DNA from: Candidatus Omnitrophota bacterium | Lineage (GTDB): Bacteria; Omnitrophota; Omnitrophia; Omnitrophales; Aquincolibacteriaceae | Direction of reading: 5' to 3' | Length of the DNA: 64,000 nucleotides | Assembly (NCBI GenBank): GCA_030698625.1 | Contig: JAUYMS010000048.1 | Location: forward strand, 154,404-218,403 | Part shown: piece after piece, positions 1 through 8,678 of the stretch | How the letters are laid out: each line of letters begins with the position of its first letter | Position numbering within the stretch: the stretch's first letter is position 1 | Notes under the pieces: generated by a model | Told to the model about the DNA's origin: nothing | What the model saw: the letters and a program-made list of their open reading frames with translations, nothing else | Database searches by the model: none | Translations under genes and position numbers: made by a program

Positions 1-2
1 CA

Positions 3-1496
3 TCTCTTGATCTCGAAGTGGTCACAACGAATCTCATGGGCATTCTCCACGAAAAAATGGGCATGGAGCGCGGCACGCTGACGCTCTTGGACGCTAAGAC
101 CAACGAACTCATTATTGAAGTTGCGCACGGCCTCGACCGCAAAACAATCGAAAAGGTGCGGTATCAAGTGGGGGAGGGCATTACCGGTAAAGTGGTGGCA
201 GCAGGTGAGCCCATCGTTGTTCCGAACGTAGGAGATGAACCCCTGTTTCTGAACCGAACGGGGTCACGCGGCGATATCAAGCGGGGAAACATCGCATTTG
301 TTTGCGTGCCCATTCAGTTAGATAAAAAGACAATCGGAGCTTTGAGTGTGGATCGACTCTTTCAAGATTCGTGCTCTTTCGAGGAAGATGTTCGGTTTCT
401 TACGATCATATCTTCGACCGTGGCGCAGGCCGTTAGGATTCATCAAATGGTCGAAAAGGAGAAAGAGCAACTCGCCGATGAGAATCTTCTCCTGCGACGA
501 GAACTCAAAAAGAAATTTCATCCTGCCAATATTATTGGTGAAAGCAAGAGAATGGCCGACGTGTACGCCTCGATCGAACTGGTAAGTCAGACGCGTGCTA
601 CGGTGATGCTTCGGGGTGAAAGCGGCACAGGTAAAGAGCTCGTAGCTCACGCCATTCACTATAACAGCGATCGGGCGGATAAACCGTTTGTTAAGATCTC
701 CTGTGCCGCGCTTCCGGATACTTTATTGGAAAGCGAGCTCTTCGGTTATGAGAGGGGTGCCTTTACCGGAGCAACTGCCGGTAAAAAAGGGCGCTTTGAA
801 CTTGCGCATCAGGGAACGCTTTTTCTCGATGAGATCGGCGATATTTCCGCAACGACTCAAGTAAAATTGCTGCGCGTGCTACAAGAAAAGGAGTTTGAGC
901 GTTTGGGAGGGACGGAGACATTGAGGGTCGATATCCGCCTGATAGCAGCGACCAATAAGGATCTTGAGGCAGAGATGCGAGCCGGTAAGTTTCGAGAGGA
1001 TCTTTACTACCGTCTCAATGTTATTCCTATATTTCTTCCGGCACTGCGGGAGCGGTCCGAAGATATTCCCCTTCTCGTGGACAACTTCCTTAAAAAGACA
1101 GCGAAAGAAAACCGCAAAGATGTGCAGTACATTTCCGATGAGGCCATGCAATATTTGTTGAACTATGCTTGGCCGGGTAACGTGCGGGAGCTCGAAAATG
1201 CCATGGAAAGAGCCGTTATTCTTTGCAAGGGAGATACTCTTCACGCAGAGCACTTCCCGATTCCCGGAAGCAAGGACAGTCCTGCATTGACGCAAACTGC
1301 CCCTCAAAACTATGGGGCGAATGAAGGCCGTGATTCGGATGACGGAACATTACCGAATGCTGTTGAGGATCTCGAGAAGAGATTAATTCAGCAGGCTCTC
1401 GCTAAGACGCAGGGTAATCAGCGGCAAGCAGCCAAAGCGCTGGGGGTCACCGAGCGTATCTTGGGCTATAAGCTAAAGACATATGATATGAAGTAG
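3..1496 (+). CDS. NifA-like sigma54-dependent activator (GAF-AAA+-Fis HTH), probably 5'-truncated by the window edge
   Basis: N-terminal GAF-like region (GEGITGKV...VPI), Walker A GESGTGKE, GAFTGA loop, FLDEIG, WPGNVRELEN, C-terminal HTH; frame is open to the window start. Confidence 0.9.
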   Translation, partial: SLDLEVVTTNLMGILHEKMGMERGTLTLLDAKTNELIIEVAHGLDRKTIEKVRYQVGEGITGKVVAAGEPIVVPNVGDEPLFLNRTGSRGDIKRGNIAFVCVPIQLDKKTIGALSVDRLFQDSCSFEEDVRFLTIISSTVAQAVRIHQMVEKEKEQLADENLLLRRELKKKFHPANIIGESKRMADVYASIELVSQTRATVMLRGESGTGKELVAHAIHYNSDRADKPFVKISCAALPDTLLESELFGYERGAFTGATAGKKGRFELAHQGTLFLDEIGDISATTQVKLLRVLQEKEFERLGGTETLRVDIRLIAATNKDLEAEMRAGKFREDLYYRLNVIPIFLPALRERSEDIPLLVDNFLKKTAKENRKDVQYISDEAMQYLLNYAWPGNVRELENAMERAVILCKGDTLHAEHFPIPGSKDSPALTQTAPQNYGANEGRDSDDGTLPNAVEDLEKRLIQQALAKTQGNQRQAAKALGVTERILGYKLKTYDMK

Positions 1497-1510
1497 GTTG
1501 CTTGCGCCGG

Positions 1511-1540
1511 TACAAATATGTATAAAGACACATATTTGTA
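1511..1540. promoter_or_regulatory. Palindromic upstream activator sequence candidate
   Basis: Perfect 11-bp inverted repeat TACAAATATGT-N8-ACATATTTGTA, 60-90 bp upstream of a sigma54 promoter. Confidence 0.7.
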
Positions 1541-1600
1541 GGAATATGAGTTCCTTAGCAGTAAATCCCGCCGTTTCCCCCAATAAACTTTCCTAACGCT

Positions 1601-1615
1601 TGGCACAAAGATTGC
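1601..1615 (+). promoter_or_regulatory. sigma54 (-24/-12) promoter of glnB-glnA
   Basis: TGGCAC-AAAGA-TTGC, matches the TGGCAC-N5-TTGC consensus with GG-N10-GC spacing. Confidence 0.88.
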
Positions 1616-1673
1616 CTTTAATAACTGTATTTGCTAGTCAAGTCTGCGATCATGATCTACGGAGGGTGGTTTC

Positions 1674-2015
1674 GTGAAAAAAATTGAAGCCGTTATTCAA
1701 CCCGAAAAGTTGAACGATGTAAGGGAGGCCTTAGCAGACGCTGATTATCCCGGCATCACTGTGACGGAGATTACCGGCCATGGCAAGCAGAAGGCCAAGG
1801 TACAGCAATGGAGGGGTGACTCCTATAGGGTGGCCTTTCTTTCTAAGGTGAAAATAGAGATTGTCTGTGCTGATAAAGAAGCCGAGGGAATTATCCAAAT
1901 CATCTCCGCAGCTGCCTTTACGGGCGGTTTTGGGGACGGAAAGATCTTTCTTTCGGATATTCGAGAAGCGATTCGGATACGTACTGGAGAGAGGGGTTCT
2001 AAGGCCCTCTCATAA
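1674..2015 (+). CDS. glnB: P-II nitrogen regulatory protein (GlnB/GlnK)
   Basis: MKKIEAVI, T-loop with Tyr51, GDGKIF, IRIRTGE; GGAGG RBS at 1661-1665, GTG start. Confidence 0.93.
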   Translation: MKKIEAVIQPEKLNDVREALADADYPGITVTEITGHGKQKAKVQQWRGDSYRVAFLSKVKIEIVCADKEAEGIIQIISAAAFTGGFGDGKIFLSDIREAIRIRTGERGSKALS

Positions 2016-2073
2016 GGTTCGGAGAGCCCCTCCATTTTTAGGGGCTTTACAAAGCCCATAAGGGCTCAGTATC

Positions 2074-2110
2074 ATAATGGTCCTCTCAGCCTGAGAGGGC
2101 CATTACTTTG
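2074..2110 (+). terminator. Terminator/processing-like hairpin between glnB and glnA
   Basis: TAATGGTCCTCTC-AGCCT-GAGAGGGCCATTA stem followed by only a short CTTT tail. Confidence 0.45.
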
Positions 2111-2206
2111 CATCGCGAGTCCACATGTCCTGCCGATCGAAGTACAAGACTGGATTGATCGTAATGCATTCCAAAATGTCAGCGTGTTTATTCCGGGAGG
2201 ATCCAA

Positions 2207-3700
2207 ATGTCGACGTTAGTTTCAAGTAAAGATCGGGAAGAGGAGATTATTGACGCAACTCGCCCCAACACTCCTGAAGAAATTAAAAGGTACATTCAGA
2301 AGAATAACATCCCGGTGGTTGATTTTAAGTTTAATGACCTGCCCGGAATGTGGCAGCACTTTTCAATTCCGGCAGCTGAGCTCGTTGATTATGACAAGCT
2401 TGAGAAGAGCGTCTGGGCCGAAGGGATTGGTTTTGACGGATCTAGTATCCGTGGTTTCAAGAAGATTCAAGAAAGTGACATGATCCTGATGCCGGATGCC
2501 ACGACGGCAGTCTTGGACCCTGTGTGTCAGATTCCGACTCTGAGTATCACTTGCGATATCTATGACCCTATCACCAAGGAACCCTACAGCCGCGACCCGC
2601 GCTTTATTGCACGGAAGGCTGAAGAACACCTGAAAAAGTCCGGCATTGCGGATACCAGTTTTTGGGGTCCCGAAGCCGAGTTTTTCATTTTTGACGATAT
2701 TCGCTTTGCTACGGGCGCGCAATATAGTTATTACCACGTCGACTCGGTGGAAGGTGAATGGAACACGGGTAAGGATGAGAAGCCGAACCTCGGCTACAAG
2801 CCTCGTTATAAAGAGGGGTATTTCCCGGTTCCTCCGCACGATACGCTGCAGGACATTCGTTCCGAGATAATGATGACGTTGCGCCGCGTGGGGGTTCCTG
2901 TGGAGTGTCATCATCATGAAGTCGCCAGTGGCGGACAGTGTGAAATTGACATGCGTTTTTCGCCGCTCGTAAAAATGGTGGATCACCTCATGATGTACAA
3001 GTACGTGATTAAGAATGTCGCGCGCAAGTACAATAAGGCCGCAACCTTCATGCCTAAGCCGCTCTTTGGCGACAATGGCTCCGGAATGCACATTCACTCC
3101 AGTTTGTGGAAGGACGGTAAGCCGCTTTTTTATGGCGAAAAGGGTTATGCGCTCATCAGTGACCTCTGTAAGTGGTATATCGGTGGATTGCTGAAGCATG
3201 CTCCGGCTGTTTTGGCCTTTGGGGCTCCGACGACGAACTCTTATCGCCGGTTGGTTCCGGGTTATGAAGCGCCGGTCAACCTCGTATATTCCGCACGGAA
3301 TCGCTCGGCTGTTTGCCGTATTCCGATGTATTCGCAGACGCCGGCATCGAAGCGTGTCGAGTTTCGCGCTCCCGATCCGAGTTGCAATCCTTACCTGACC
3401 TTCCCTGCGTTGTTGATGGCAGGTCTGGACGGAATTCGCAATAAGATCGATCCAGGTCAGCCTGTCGATAAGAACATCTACGAGCTTTCAGCGGAAGAGA
3501 AGAAAGGCATTCCGAGTGTCCCGGGTTCTCTGGAAGAGGCTCTGGATGCTCTGGAGAAAGATCACGAGTTCCTGTTGCGAGGCGATGTTTTTACGAAGGA
3601 CGTCATTGATACCTGGATCCAATATAAGCGTGAGTTTGAAATTGCCCCGATTAAATTGCGTCCGCATCCTCATGAATTTTACATGTACTTCGATACTTAA
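2207..3700 (+). CDS. glnA: Glutamine synthetase type I (GSI-beta-like)
   Basis: FDGSSI, HHEVA, MPKP...[15 protein letters not shown], adenylylation-type site NIYEL; GGGAGG RBS. Confidence 0.97.
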   Translation: MSTLVSSKDREEEIIDATRPNTPEEIKRYIQKNNIPVVDFKFNDLPGMWQHFSIPAAELVDYDKLEKSVWAEGIGFDGSSIRGFKKIQESDMILMPDATTAVLDPVCQIPTLSITCDIYDPITKEPYSRDPRFIARKAEEHLKKSGIADTSFWGPEAEFFIFDDIRFATGAQYSYYHVDSVEGEWNTGKDEKPNLGYKPRYKEGYFPVPPHDTLQDIRSEIMMTLRRVGVPVECHHHEVASGGQCEIDMRFSPLVKMVDHLMMYKYVIKNVARKYNKAATFMPKPLFGDNGSGMHIHSSLWKDGKPLFYGEKGYALISDLCKWYIGGLLKHAPAVLAFGAPTTNSYRRLVPGYEAPVNLVYSARNRSAVCRIPMYSQTPASKRVEFRAPDPSCNPYLTFPALLMAGLDGIRNKIDPGQPVDKNIYELSAEEKKGIPSVPGSLEEALDALEKDHEFLLRGDVFTKDVIDTWIQYKREFEIAPIKLRPHPHEFYMYFDT

Positions 3701-3713
3701 AAACGAAGAATCG

Positions 3714-3737
3714 GGGGTCAAGTCGAGACTTGACCCC
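3714..3737. terminator. Perfect palindrome after glnA, overlapping the -35 of the next gene
   Basis: GGGGTCAAGTC-GA-GACTTGACCCC; no clear U-tract. Confidence 0.5.
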
Positions 3738-3759
3738 AGGTGCGAGCGACTGTTAAAGT
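3730..3759 (+). promoter_or_regulatory. sigma70-type promoter (leaderless start at ATG 3767)
   Basis: TTGACC-N18-TAAAGT with extended TG; ATG 7 nt after the -10, no SD. Confidence 0.55.
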
Positions 3760-3766
3760 AAACGTT

Positions 3767-4123
3767 ATGAAGTCACGGACATTCATTCTGACACTTGTCA
3801 TCCTCTGCGGCGTTGTGGGGCAGGCCTTGGCCGGCGGCATTGCGCCGGAAGGAACCGTGGCACGAAAGATTCAACGAGGTTTTCTCAATATCGTCTTCTC
3901 ACCGATTGAAGTTTCTCACGAACTGCACAAGGAAAAGAAAGTGGAGAGTTTTGTCCCCAGTTGGTTTTCAGGAGTAGGTAGGGGCGGGGCTTTTATGATA
4001 GGAAGGGTACTGACCGGTATTTATGAGATCGTGACGGCACCGTTCCCGATGCCTGCTAACTACGAGCCGGTTCTTTATCCCGAGTTTCCGTGGGAACATT
4101 TTGATTCGGTAGAAACTTCATAA
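3767..4123 (+). CDS. Exosortase system-associated protein (TIGR04073-like), exported/membrane
   Basis: Signal peptide (ALA), K..RG..N....P.E pattern, GIYEIVTAPFP...YEP...PE C-terminal motif. Confidence 0.7.
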   Translation: MKSRTFILTLVILCGVVGQALAGGIAPEGTVARKIQRGFLNIVFSPIEVSHELHKEKKVESFVPSWFSGVGRGGAFMIGRVLTGIYEIVTAPFPMPANYEPVLYPEFPWEHFDSVETS

Positions 4124-5237
4124 TCTCCCGAGCGGCTCTGTCACTTGCGCCCTGATCTCCCAAGATGTGACGGACCCGTGTAAATTCGTCTTTCATACTC
4201 TGATAAAGAGATCGGTTTTTCAGTAGCACTTCCGCCTCATGGGCGATCGTCCGGGGGCAGGCATCATCCTGAATGAATTCGGGAACCACCTTTTTCGACG
4301 CCAACAGGTTGACCAATCCGAGGAACGGAACCCGAATCAAACTCTTTCCGAGCATATACGTGGACCAGCTTGTTTTGTAGAGGAGAAAGAAGGGTGTTCC
4401 GAGAAGAGCCGTCTCAAGCGTTGCCGTGCCGGAAGTCACTAATGCGAAATCGAGGGCATGAACAAGGTCGTGGCGATCCTCGAGGCATTTCCGGACTTTG
4501 ACTTCCGGATATTTCGCTAAGATGGAGTCATAAATTGCGGAATCCACATTAGCTGACGGCGTTATAAAAAAGAGAGCGTTCGGTAACCGTGCCGAAAGGT
4601 ATTTTGCCGACTCCAGCATGATCGGGAGTATTCTGGTCACCTCACGCTTGCGCGACCCGGGCAGGAGTCCGATCGCGGTCTTGTCCTTACCCATATCGAA
4701 CTTGCTCCTCAGTGCGTCTCGGGAATCTGAAATCCGAATCTCGTCCAGGAGAGGATGCCCGACAAAGGCGCAGTCGACGCCCGCCTCGTCATAAAACGCT
4801 TTTTCGAAGGGGAGGATAGCGAGCATTTTGGTGACGGTTTTACGGACTGTATGAATGCGTCTTTTGCCCCAAGCCCAGAGCTGAGGCGAAACGTAGTAAA
4901 CGACGGGAACATGCTGTAGGATCTTCTTGGCGAAGCGCAAATTAAAAGCCGGTGAGTCAATGAGAACGACTACATCGGGCTTATATTCTTTGAAGGCACG
5001 CAGTGCTCGGTTGAAGATGCGGCGGTATTTAAAATACTGTCTGAGGACATCGCCGAAACCCAGCGCTGAGATTAGCGTCATGTCGTGGATTAAGCGAGTG
5101 CCGGCCCGCTCCATTTGGGGGCCGCCGAGCCCATAAGAATCGAGATCGGGAACGCTGCGCTTTAATGAATGCAGTAATTCGGCGGCGTGGCGGTCCCCGG
5201 AAGGCTCACAAGCTATGATGAAAACTTTTTTGGACAT
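4056..5237 (-). CDS. lpxB: Lipid-A-disaccharide synthase
   Basis: E.SGD, ID.P.FN, YVSPQLWAW, VGHPL, LLPGSR, SGTATLE motifs. Confidence 0.95.
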   Translation of the reverse strand: MSKKVFIIACEPSGDRHAAELLHSLKRSVPDLDSYGLGGPQMERAGTRLIHDMTLISALGFGDVLRQYFKYRRIFNRALRAFKEYKPDVVVLIDSPAFNLRFAKKILQHVPVVYYVSPQLWAWGKRRIHTVRKTVTKMLAILPFEKAFYDEAGVDCAFVGHPLLDEIRISDSRDALRSKFDMGKDKTAIGLLPGSRKREVTRILPIMLESAKYLSARLPNALFFITPSANVDSAIYDSILAKYPEVKVRKCLEDRHDLVHALDFALVTSGTATLETALLGTPFFLLYKTSWSTYMLGKSLIRVPFLGLVNLLASKKVVPEFIQDDACPRTIAHEAEVLLKNRSLYQSMKDEFTRVRHILGDQGASDRAAREIMKFLPNQNVPTETRDKEPARS

Positions 5238-5240
5238 GAC

Positions 5241-6182
5241 TTAGGAAAGAATTCCCGCATCCTGCTGATTTTTACGGATGGCCTCGACGATTTCGAGAGC
5301 AAATTTGAGGGCATCGCGCGCAGCTTCATCGGGACGTCCGAGACTGTCTCCCGAACGGATTTGGGATAGGAAAAACCGCAGCTCCTCTTTTAGCGGTTCG
5401 GCTTTTTCAATATCGATGGATTCTTGCGAAATGGCCGACCCCTCCTTAGTGAAGATCTTGCAGGATTGCGCTTCATAATCGAGCGAGATATAAGCATTTT
5501 CCTGGAAGATTCTGATCTTGCGTTGCTTTTCAGGGGTCAGCCGCGAGGCTGTTAGATCCGCAACGGCGCCGTTCTGAAACTTGATCCGCACATTCGCAAT
5601 ATCTTCGTAAGGGGTAATGACGTTAATTCCGACGGCGTCAAAAGAGGCCACTTCCGATTTCATGAAGTTGAGGACAATGTCTAAATCATGGATCATCAAA
5701 TCCAAAACGACACCGCAGTCGTTGATTCTTCCTGTGAAGGGACCGAGGCGATGAATTTCAAAAAAACGGATATTGGAAACAATTTCTTCAACCCGCTTGA
5801 GGCCGGGATTATGGCGCTCCAAATGTCCCACACGGAGCGCGCAGTGATTGTCTCTGGCAAGACCGAGTAGATCGTCAGCGTCTTCCAGGTTGAGGGTAAT
5901 GGGCTTCTCGATAAGGGTATGAATACCGTGACGCAAAAACTCAGAGGCGATTTCGTAGTGGGTAGCAGTCGGTGTCGCTACACTGACGGCATCCACTTTG
6001 CCTATAAGGCTGCGGTAGTCCTGCACATAGGGGGTTTGGAGCCCTTCGGCAGTGATCTCTTTGGTAGGGTCGCTATCGCAAACGGCCACCAGTTCGGCCT
6101 CGGGCAGTTCCCTATAAATGCGGGCGTGTACCTTACCCAGATGACCTAACCCGATAACGGCAACTTTTAATGGATTTGACAT
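5241..6182 (-). CDS. Gfo/Idh/MocA oxidoreductase (GnnA-like, lipid A-associated)
   Basis: Rossmann GLGHLG, EKP, GHLERHNP, DLMIHDLD; co-oriented directly upstream of lpxB. Confidence 0.82.
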   Translation of the reverse strand: MSNPLKVAVIGLGHLGKVHARIYRELPEAELVAVCDSDPTKEITAEGLQTPYVQDYRSLIGKVDAVSVATPTATHYEIASEFLRHGIHTLIEKPITLNLEDADDLLGLARDNHCALRVGHLERHNPGLKRVEEIVSNIRFFEIHRLGPFTGRINDCGVVLDLMIHDLDIVLNFMKSEVASFDAVGINVITPYEDIANVRIKFQNGAVADLTASRLTPEKQRKIRIFQENAYISLDYEAQSCKIFTKEGSAISQESIDIEKAEPLKEELRFFLSQIRSGDSLGRPDEAARDALKFALEIVEAIRKNQQDAGILS

Positions 6183-6320
6183 CGACTGATCTCGTGGGTC
6201 CGGAGTCTAGGGGTGCTTACTGCTGGTGCGCAATGTTGCAAGATGCTAACGAATGCCTACCCCTTTTACCGGATCCAACCTCCAGGAAAACGTGTAGTAG
6301 CAATCCTTCTAACCTATACG

Positions 6321-6349
6321 TTGAGAGGTGTCAACGAATATGTTACAGT
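6321..6349 (+). promoter_or_regulatory. sigma70-type promoter of msbA
   Basis: TTGAGA-N17-TACAGT with extended TG; ATG 6361 lies 11 nt downstream. Confidence 0.5.
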
Positions 6350-6360
6350 ACCTGCTTCCC

Positions 6361-8112
6361 ATGGACATCTACAAAAGACTCCTAGCTTATGTGAAGCCCT
6401 ATAAAGGGCGCCTGACGTTAGCCATCGTGTGTATGTTTCTGTTTTCGCTGGCAAATGCCATGGTGTCGGCGACGCTCTATATCATTATCAATGGGCTTGA
6501 AAATAAGCATGAGGTGCACATGGATAATATCCCGCATGTGCCCTTTCTGACATCCGTCAGTTTTCCGGCTATTTGGATTCCGTTTTTGATCGTCGGTGTC
6601 TTTTTTTTCCGCGGCCTTTTTGACTATATCTCCAACTACCAGATGTCCAGCATCGGAATACGGGCCGTTCGGCAGATCCGCGATGACCTCTACGAACATC
6701 TCGTTAAGCTGTCCAATGACTTCTACTCACGCGGCAGGACCGGCGATTTCCTAAGTCGCATTACGCATGACGTAGGCTCGATCCAGGGGGCTGTTACCGA
6801 CGTCATCGTGGATCTGGTCAAACAGCCGCTCGTGATCCTTTTCAATATCCCCATGGTTTTTATCTGGGGGGGGCCGAATGCCATTTTTGCAATTCTAATC
6901 TTCCCGCTCGTAGCCATCCCGATTACTTTGCTCGGTAAGCGGCTGCGTCATATCACAAAAAGCATGCAAGAGCGGGCCGCTGACATCACCTCCTTTATCA
7001 GCGAAACGTTGGCCGGCCTGAATGTTGTGAAGGCATTTAACCGTGAGGAAGCCGAAATCTCAAAGTTTCGTGCTATTAACAGGAGTGTCTTCGAATATTT
7101 CAAGAAAAGTGTGAGAATCACCGTGGTTCAACGGCCTCTTGTTGAAATACTGGGATCAATCGGCTGCGCTTTTGCCGTTTGGTACGGGATGAAGAATTTG
7201 CCCCCAGATCGATTTATCGCTTTTGTCGGCTCTCTCTTTATCTTTTACGAACCTCTGAAGAAGATTAGCAAGGTCAATAGCACCATTCAGCAGTCCATTG
7301 CCGCGGGCGGGAGGATTTTCGAGATCTTGGATGCCGTGCCCTCTATTCAGAACCGAAAAGACGCCGTTCCGTTCAACGGAAAGGTGGAAAATATCAGTTT
7401 TGACGGGGTTTCGTTCTCATACGAAACCGGTAAGGAAGTGCTTGAAGACATTCGTTTAGACATTCGGCAAGGCGAAATCGTCGCGCTTGTGGGCGAGAGC
7501 GGGTCAGGCAAGAGCACGCTTGTGAATCTTCTCTTGAGATACTACGACCCTAAAAAAGGGGCGGTCAGGATAAACGGGCAGGACATTCGCGATTACGATC
7601 TCAAGTCGCTGCGTGACAGCATCGCCATTGTGTCGCAGGACACAATTCTCTTCAACTCGACGGTGAGTGAAAACATCGCCTACGGAGAACCGGACGCGCC
7701 GGTCGAAGAAATTAAAGCCGCAGCCGAAGCGGCTTATGCCAATCATTTCATCGAGACTCTTCCTTCCGGTTACGACACTCCTTTGGGGGAACGCGGTCTG
7801 AAACTCTCAGGCGGGCAACGTCAGCGCATCGCAATTGCGCGAGCGGTACTCAAAGATGCGCCGATCGTCATTCTAGACGAAGCCACATCCCACTTGGACA
7901 CGGGCAGCGAACGTGTTGTTCAGACGGCTATGGAAAATCTCATGAAGGGGCGTACTGTTTTTGTGATTGCTCATCGGCTTTCCACCATCCAAAGCGCAGA
8001 CCGAATACTTGTTCTGGAAAACGGACGTATCGTTCAGCAGGGAAACAGTGAGGGGCTGTTACAAGAGGGTGGGGCTTACAAAAAACTTCACGACCTGCAG
8101 TTTAGTCTTTAG
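6361..8112 (+). CDS. msbA: Lipid A export ABC transporter MsbA-like (TMD+NBD)
   Basis: TM region, Walker A GESGSGKST, LSGGQRQR, ILDEATS; lipid A context; start uncertain (6328-6361). Confidence 0.85.
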   Translation: MDIYKRLLAYVKPYKGRLTLAIVCMFLFSLANAMVSATLYIIINGLENKHEVHMDNIPHVPFLTSVSFPAIWIPFLIVGVFFFRGLFDYISNYQMSSIGIRAVRQIRDDLYEHLVKLSNDFYSRGRTGDFLSRITHDVGSIQGAVTDVIVDLVKQPLVILFNIPMVFIWGGPNAIFAILIFPLVAIPITLLGKRLRHITKSMQERAADITSFISETLAGLNVVKAFNREEAEISKFRAINRSVFEYFKKSVRITVVQRPLVEILGSIGCAFAVWYGMKNLPPDRFIAFVGSLFIFYEPLKKISKVNSTIQQSIAAGGRIFEILDAVPSIQNRKDAVPFNGKVENISFDGVSFSYETGKEVLEDIRLDIRQGEIVALVGESGSGKSTLVNLLLRYYDPKKGAVRINGQDIRDYDLKSLRDSIAIVSQDTILFNSTVSENIAYGEPDAPVEEIKAAAEAAYANHFIETLPSGYDTPLGERGLKLSGGQRQRIAIARAVLKDAPIVILDEATSHLDTGSERVVQTAMENLMKGRTVFVIAHRLSTIQSADRILVLENGRIVQQGNSEGLLQEGGAYKKLHDLQFSL

Positions 8113-8546
8113 GTTCCGGGTAACGCAATTTTAATCGTAGTTGTTTCTTCCGAGCCCTTTTCCGGCTCAAGCACTTCGTAGCTATCCACATGACCAAACC
8201 CAAGTGTTGCTACTCGAACGGCCCCTTTGACCGTGCCGTCGAGGATCTTCTCGGTGCCTTTTCGGGCCCCCTCGATTGTTCCGATGACTGGAGGCTCTTC
8301 AAGCGTTCCCTCGGCCGTATCTGTAATAAAACCTCGCGTGCTGTCGAAGGTGGCCTCTTTGACTCCTGTAGCGATGTTCTTTGCGGGATTTTTTCTCGAG
8401 GCGGTATCGGCCAGTTTACGGGATTCCTGCTCGCGCCGTTCCACTTCGCGGGCGTCCTCATCGTATTGTGCGTTTCTGGACATTCCCAGATGAACAACGG
8501 AAGTTGTCAAGAGTAGGGCGATGAGGACCGCAGAAGTGCGTTTCAT
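8109..8546 (-). CDS. Hypothetical exported/membrane-anchored helical protein
   Basis: N-terminal hydrophobic signal-like segment MKRTSAVLIALLL; own promoter immediately upstream; fills the gap between msbA and hom. Confidence 0.7.
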   Translation of the reverse strand: MKRTSAVLIALLLTTSVVHLGMSRNAQYDEDAREVERREQESRKLADTASRKNPAKNIATGVKEATFDSTRGFITDTAEGTLEEPPVIGTIEGARKGTEKILDGTVKGAVRVATLGFGHVDSYEVLEPEKGSEETTTIKIALPGT

Positions 8547-8552
8547 GGCCGT

Positions 8553-8582
8553 ATAGTACGTGGGCGCCCCCCCTTCTGTCAA
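8553..8582 (-). promoter_or_regulatory. sigma70 promoter (leaderless start at ATG 8546)
   Basis: Minus-strand TTGACA-N18-TACTAT, ATG 6 nt after the -10. Confidence 0.65.
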
Positions 8583-8596
8583 CCGCTCACCTCCGC

Positions 8597-8625
8597 TTGC
8601 TCTTTCCCGGGGCCTGAGCTATACT
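8597..8625 (+). promoter_or_regulatory. sigma70 promoter of the hom operon
   Basis: TTGCTC-N17-TATACT, divergent from the 8553-8582 promoter. Confidence 0.6.
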
Positions 8626-8678
8626 AAATCGTTTTTTTCGCTTAAGTTCTTATCGAGTGTGGAGTTAGGTGAAATTTT

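Noticed and set aside
3-1496. Calling this nifA or inferring nitrogen fixation
   Set aside because: No nif genes in the window, no TGT-N10-ACA site in the UAS, and a divergent HTH
2016-2206. Known glutamine riboswitch
   Set aside because: I could not match the glnA-motif consensus by eye; reported only as unexplained hairpins
2363-3199. Long antisense ORFs (also 17740-18531, 51552-52241, 53305-54333 and others)
   Set aside because: Shadows of well-supported + strand genes, with no motifs or RBS
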